Part shown: piece after piece, positions 63,051 through 64,000 of the stretch
How the letters are laid out: each line of letters opens with the position of its first letter
Numbering within the stretch: position 1 is the stretch's first letter
NCBI RefSeq assembly: GCF_963921235.1
Contig: NC_086097.1
Coordinates: 99,264,001-99,328,000 of the forward strand
DNA: 64,000 nt
Reading direction: 5' to 3'
From: Mobula hypostoma
Lineage: Eukaryota
Notes under the pieces: model-generated
Told to the model about the DNA's origin: nothing
The model's input: only the letters and a program-made list of their open reading frames with translations
Database searches by the model: none
Made by a program: the position numbers and the translations under genes

Positions 63051-63289
63051 ACCCCTTACTTATCAAGATTCAAAAGCTGAATCATGCTTTGAGGAAGATG
63101 TTCTCTAAAACTCTTTGGGAGAAAATGTTCATCATAGGCAACTCTTCATTTTAAACAATGATCATTAGTTCTGAATTATCTCACAAGAAGAAACATCCTC
63201 TCCACATCTCCCCTCAGGATCTTGCATATTTCAATCAAATTTCTTCTTAGCCTCAGCAGATACAGGCCTAAAAAGAAGGCAGGGAGAAG

Positions 63290-64000
63290 TTAAGATGGCA
63301 CTAAACGGCAACTCCTTTGCTTGCATCTCTGTAAACAACTTTATTTCTATCTTTGCTATCTCTTTTTTCCTTTTCAGGGTGTGGGGGGTTCTTTTGAAGA
63401 CCCTGATCTGGAGTTACACTCTGACTTCGGTTCATTATGGGAATGGGACCTGCTCTTAGGGCCTCAAGTCCAGCTGCTTTCTGATATCCCAAGGACGCAG
63501 CCTGGAAGATGAGCGCGCCTTCAGGGTTCCGGGATTTCATGGCTCTGGAGACATGCTGATTCTAGGCCGGTGCCCCTGACTGAAGTGTTATGGGAGAACA
63601 CGTAACATCAGGAGCAGTGGGTTAGCTGCTGGGGGTAGTCTGCCCAGAGAGCTGCGCCTTTTTGGTGCCAACTCTCTGGGTGCAGAGCTCGTAAAATGTG
63701 ACACAACGGACTCTTAACATAGTAAATCAGTGAGTTTTTTGTTATGTCTCTCCTCTTGCTGTGAAACAGGGATACCTCTTTTTCCCTTATTAGGGAGACA
63801 GAGAGAGCCTGTGATATGTCGAATTATCAGGTGAGTGATTAGTCTTTGGGGTACTGCACCTGTGTCTTTACTGATGCTTTGTTGCATGCTTGAGTGCTCG
63901 GTAGAGGGTGCTGATGCTTTTTTTGCCAGTGGGGTGGGGAGGGTTCGTTGCCTTGCTGCTGCTTGTGCTCGGGAGGGGGGAGCGGGGGGCTTTGGGATTC
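63290..64000 (+). mobile_element. Unclassified interspersed repeat beginning aagatggc, running off the window
   Basis: Abrupt GC shift and a YY1-like aagatggc start, similar in style to 24920-25750. No credible ORF. Confidence 0.4.

Overview
Vertebrate genomic DNA. The repeat families (CR1 with SGNH-esterase ORF1, V-SINEs, Penelope, Rex1/Babar) suggest a cartilaginous fish, probably a ray or shark; this is inference. One host gene is present: an EH-domain dynamin-like ATPase, best matching EHD4, on the minus strand. Five coding exons (62385-62209, 44980-44883, 34289-33877, 23028-22864, 14865-14344; 177/98/413/165/522 nt) have GT-AG sites and splice in frame. The first coding exon (P-loop) lies beyond the right edge. 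A ~5 kb stretch with no repeats I can recognise (about 9170-14343) is the probable 3' UTR. The rest is a dense, nested transposon landscape. The most striking object is a non-autonomous Gypsy LTR element (47985-52082) with both LTRs, a tRNA-Pro PBS, a PPT and a TCAG TSD. In place of RNase H/integrase it carries an apparently captured, intronless sarcomeric myosin heavy-chain rod fragment (MYH16-like). It sits inside a young CR1, which sits inside an older CR1. Other notable items are a twin-primed (5'-inverted) RTE insertion with a 13-bp TSD, bipartite RTE-derived short elements, and an L1 3' end with a G-quadruplex-type tract next to an EHD4 splice acceptor. Family and paralogue assignments come from recognised motifs and remembered reference sequences, not database searches. 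Boundaries of old repeats are approximate.
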